A stretch of DNA of 64,000 bases, from assembly GCA_963745075.1 (NCBI GenBank), contig CAVUWV010000003.1, positions 1 to 64,000 on the forward strand, in the 5' to 3' direction. Shown here in pieces: positions 61,850 to 64,000 of this stretch. Each line of letters opens with the position of its first letter. Within the stretch, counting starts at the first letter, position 1. Position numbers and translations under genes: made by a program. Source of the DNA: Candidatus Hydrogenedentota bacterium (GTDB lineage Bacteria; Hydrogenedentota; Hydrogenedentia; Hydrogenedentales; SLHB01). The notes under the pieces are model-generated. The model was not told the origin of the DNA. It was given only the letters and a program-made list of their open reading frames with translations, and did no database searches.

Positions 61850-62773
61850 ATGGTCAAAGGCCTGCTTATACGACAGGCATTCTTCCTTATCGATCTGGTG
61901 CTCGCCGTAGTGCTGGCTTTCGTGGTGTACAAGATTGCGGACCGCCAATTGGAGCGTGAACCCATCGCTTCGGCGCCCGTGGAAGGTATCGATTCCACCG
62001 GAACCGCACTCGATGTCGCCAAGGTCGGTCCGCTAGACGAATACCAAGTGATCGGATCCAGCGGGCTCTTTGGGCCCGCGGGCGATACGACGGTAGCGGT
62101 AGCACCGTCCGAAGAAGTCAAAATGGAGAAAGCCCCGCCGACGTTGAAGTTGCACGCCACGGCCGCATCCCCCGACCCCATCGATCCCTTGTCTACCGCG
62201 ATCATTGAGAACAGTGCTGCGCCGACCGTCCAGAAGTTGTCAACATACTACCACGGCCAGCCGGTAACAGACGAGTTATACCTCGTAGAAGTCTATCCCC
62301 GGAAGGTAATCCTCGAGAATCGAACCAAGAATACGAAGTCGGAGTTGGACATGGAGGAGGCGACCGAAGAGAAGTCCCAAGGCACGTCGGTGGCAATGGC
62401 CCGGAATCAATTGCGAGGGCCGGTCCAGTTGGCGCAGAACACCGCCAATACCGTATCTCTCGATCGGAACGCCGTTGCCGAGGAGCTGGCGTCGTACGAC
62501 TACGCGGATGTCGTCAATACGCTGAATCCCGAGATGGCTGAAGACGGCAACGGGAACGTGACGGGTATCACCTCCAGTAACTTTTCCAGTGTGCCCTTAG
62601 CGAAAGATATCGGATTGCAGGACGGCGACGTCGTCAACACCGTGAACGGAATCAAAATCGACAGCGACCAGAAGTTGATGGAGATATTCACGAAGTTTTC
62701 GAACGCGAGCACGTTCCGGTTGGGCGTTACCCGCAACGGTTCGCCCACGATGCTAACCTTCAAATTGGAGTGA
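61850..62773 (+). CDS. gspC: Type II secretion system protein C (TM, HR, PDZ)
   Basis: N-terminal TM; L.L.AT...AIIEN...VILEN HR domain; GLQDGDVV.TVNG PDZ; followed by a secretin. Confidence 0.8.
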   Translation: MVKGLLIRQAFFLIDLVLAVVLAFVVYKIADRQLEREPIASAPVEGIDSTGTALDVAKVGPLDEYQVIGSSGLFGPAGDTTVAVAPSEEVKMEKAPPTLKLHATAASPDPIDPLSTAIIENSAAPTVQKLSTYYHGQPVTDELYLVEVYPRKVILENRTKNTKSELDMEEATEEKSQGTSVAMARNQLRGPVQLAQNTANTVSLDRNAVAEELASYDYADVVNTLNPEMAEDGNGNVTGITSSNFSSVPLAKDIGLQDGDVVNTVNGIKIDSDQKLMEIFTKFSNASTFRLGVTRNGSPTMLTFKLE

Positions 62774-62783
62774 CCAGCGGAAG

Positions 62784-64000
62784 ATGAGTGAGTTGACCAC
62801 CCGATACCGGGTCTTGCGAAGGGGGAAATGGATGCGCTGGCTATTGGTCTTGTGGGTTGCCGCCGCGGTGGCGGCCCCCGTCGTTCGGGCTCAAGAGACA
62901 AATGACCGCGTGCCGTTCATGGCCGGCGCCACGCAGGCGCGTGACAATGGCGCGACCAAGGAAAAACGCGCCGAGCGCAAACGGCTGCGCGCTGCGGAGA
63001 GCGCGACCGCACCGACAAGGCGACGACGGCGCCGAATCAGCACCCGCCGAGGAAACCCGGGCGGCCGTGACGCCAACGGCGCCGCCTGCGACTACGGCCG
63101 AGACGCCGTCGCCCCCGTCGCAGCATGCGGCCATCGCCGTGCCGCGCCGGGCAACTGGTTCGAGCCCGGCGCCGTCCAACGAGGCCGGGGCGAATGTCAC
63201 ACAGGTGGGCACGCCGCAGGAAACGCCCGAATTGCCGGAGAACGAGTTTCGCCCGAAGACCGGTGAGCCGACGGACAAACCGATTCGAATCGACGTGGAC
63301 AACCAGGATCTCGGAGTCGTTATTCAGATGTTGGCGCCCATGATTGGCAAAACCTTCGACGTCGACCAGCAAGTGGCCGCTCAAAAAGTGACCATCATCA
63401 GCCACAACGCGATACCTGCCGACATGGCCTATTACCTCCTGGATTCCATCCTGGCCTCGCGCGGCATGAAAATGGTCGAAACCCTGGACGGCAATCTCAT
63501 CAAGATTCGCCCGGTTGGGGAGGACAACGACCAATCGCCCATCGTCGTCGATGGCGACAAGATGCCCAAAGGATACGACAACTACTCATTCCATATCGTG
63601 CAGGTGCAGCACGGCGATCCGGTCGAGTTGTCGAATCTGTTGAAGACCGTCGGGTCGAAGCAGGCGCAAGTGAACGTATACGCCAAGACGAACACGTTGA
63701 TCCTCTACGACACCGCCACGGGCATCCGGAACATGCTGGAACTGCTCAAAGTCGTGGACGTCGCGGGCTATGACGAAGCGATCGAGTTTTTCTGGTTGAA
63801 GTTCACCCGCGCAGAAGTGATCGCGGACCAGATTCAGCAGGTGCTCATGGGCGGTGAGGGCGAAGGGCAACCCGGCGCGCCCACGCCGCCGAACGTGCGC
63901 ACCCCGGCGACCCTGCGCGCACAACGGCAGATCGCGGCGCAGGCCGAGTCCACCGTTATCGGAGCCCAGTTGTCGCTCCGCATGGTTCCCGACGAGCGGC
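62784..64000 (+). CDS. gspD: Type II secretion secretin (frameshift near 63010-63040; runs off the window)
   Basis: Signal peptide and Pro-rich linker; N0 domain IRIDVDNQDL..VIQ..GKTFDVD...KVTIIS...LLDSIL; N1/N2 repeats (TNTLILYD). Confidence 0.85.

Overview
GC-rich bacterial chromosomal window. The gene mix (H-X9-DG protein, CehA/McbA hydrolase, CFI-box-CTERM proteins) suggests Candidatus Hydrogenedentota or a PVC-like lineage; this is an inference. Many genes carry single-base indels in patches, most likely long-read assembly errors. Left to right: AGE-family epimerase (cut by the window edge), CBS protein, secreted H-X9-DG protein, a YtrA/GntR-regulated ABC operon, and zwf-GDPD-pgl. Then a ~12 kb metal(loid) cluster: Doc-type TA pair, acr3-arsC-arsR, ccdA, a thioredoxin-NosL-MerB-like fusion, fmdE, tauE, small thioredoxin, ArsP-type permease, a second arsR, a CDF/RcnR pair and DUF4198, with three truncated genes. 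Then a Tat-exported glycosidase-like protein, SDR, DinB, sirtuin, the carboxy(nor)spermidine pathway, comEA, NUDIX, a sigma54-promoter small ORF, ECF sigma/anti-sigma-VWA, a CehA/McbA hydrolase, a YhaN/YhaO-like pair, GT2, YfhO, Gfo/Idh/MocA and Slt. The right end holds two large CFI-box surface proteins and the start of a T2SS operon (gspC, gspD). Best novelty candidates: (1) the CcdA-linked extracytoplasmic Trx-NosL-MerB-like protein in an ars cluster; (2) a catalytically dead matrixin-like protein with an internal CFI-box anchor and an internal signal peptide beside a T2SS; (3) the sigma54-driven 50-aa membrane protein. No rRNA, tRNA, CRISPR array, integrase or transposase was recognised.
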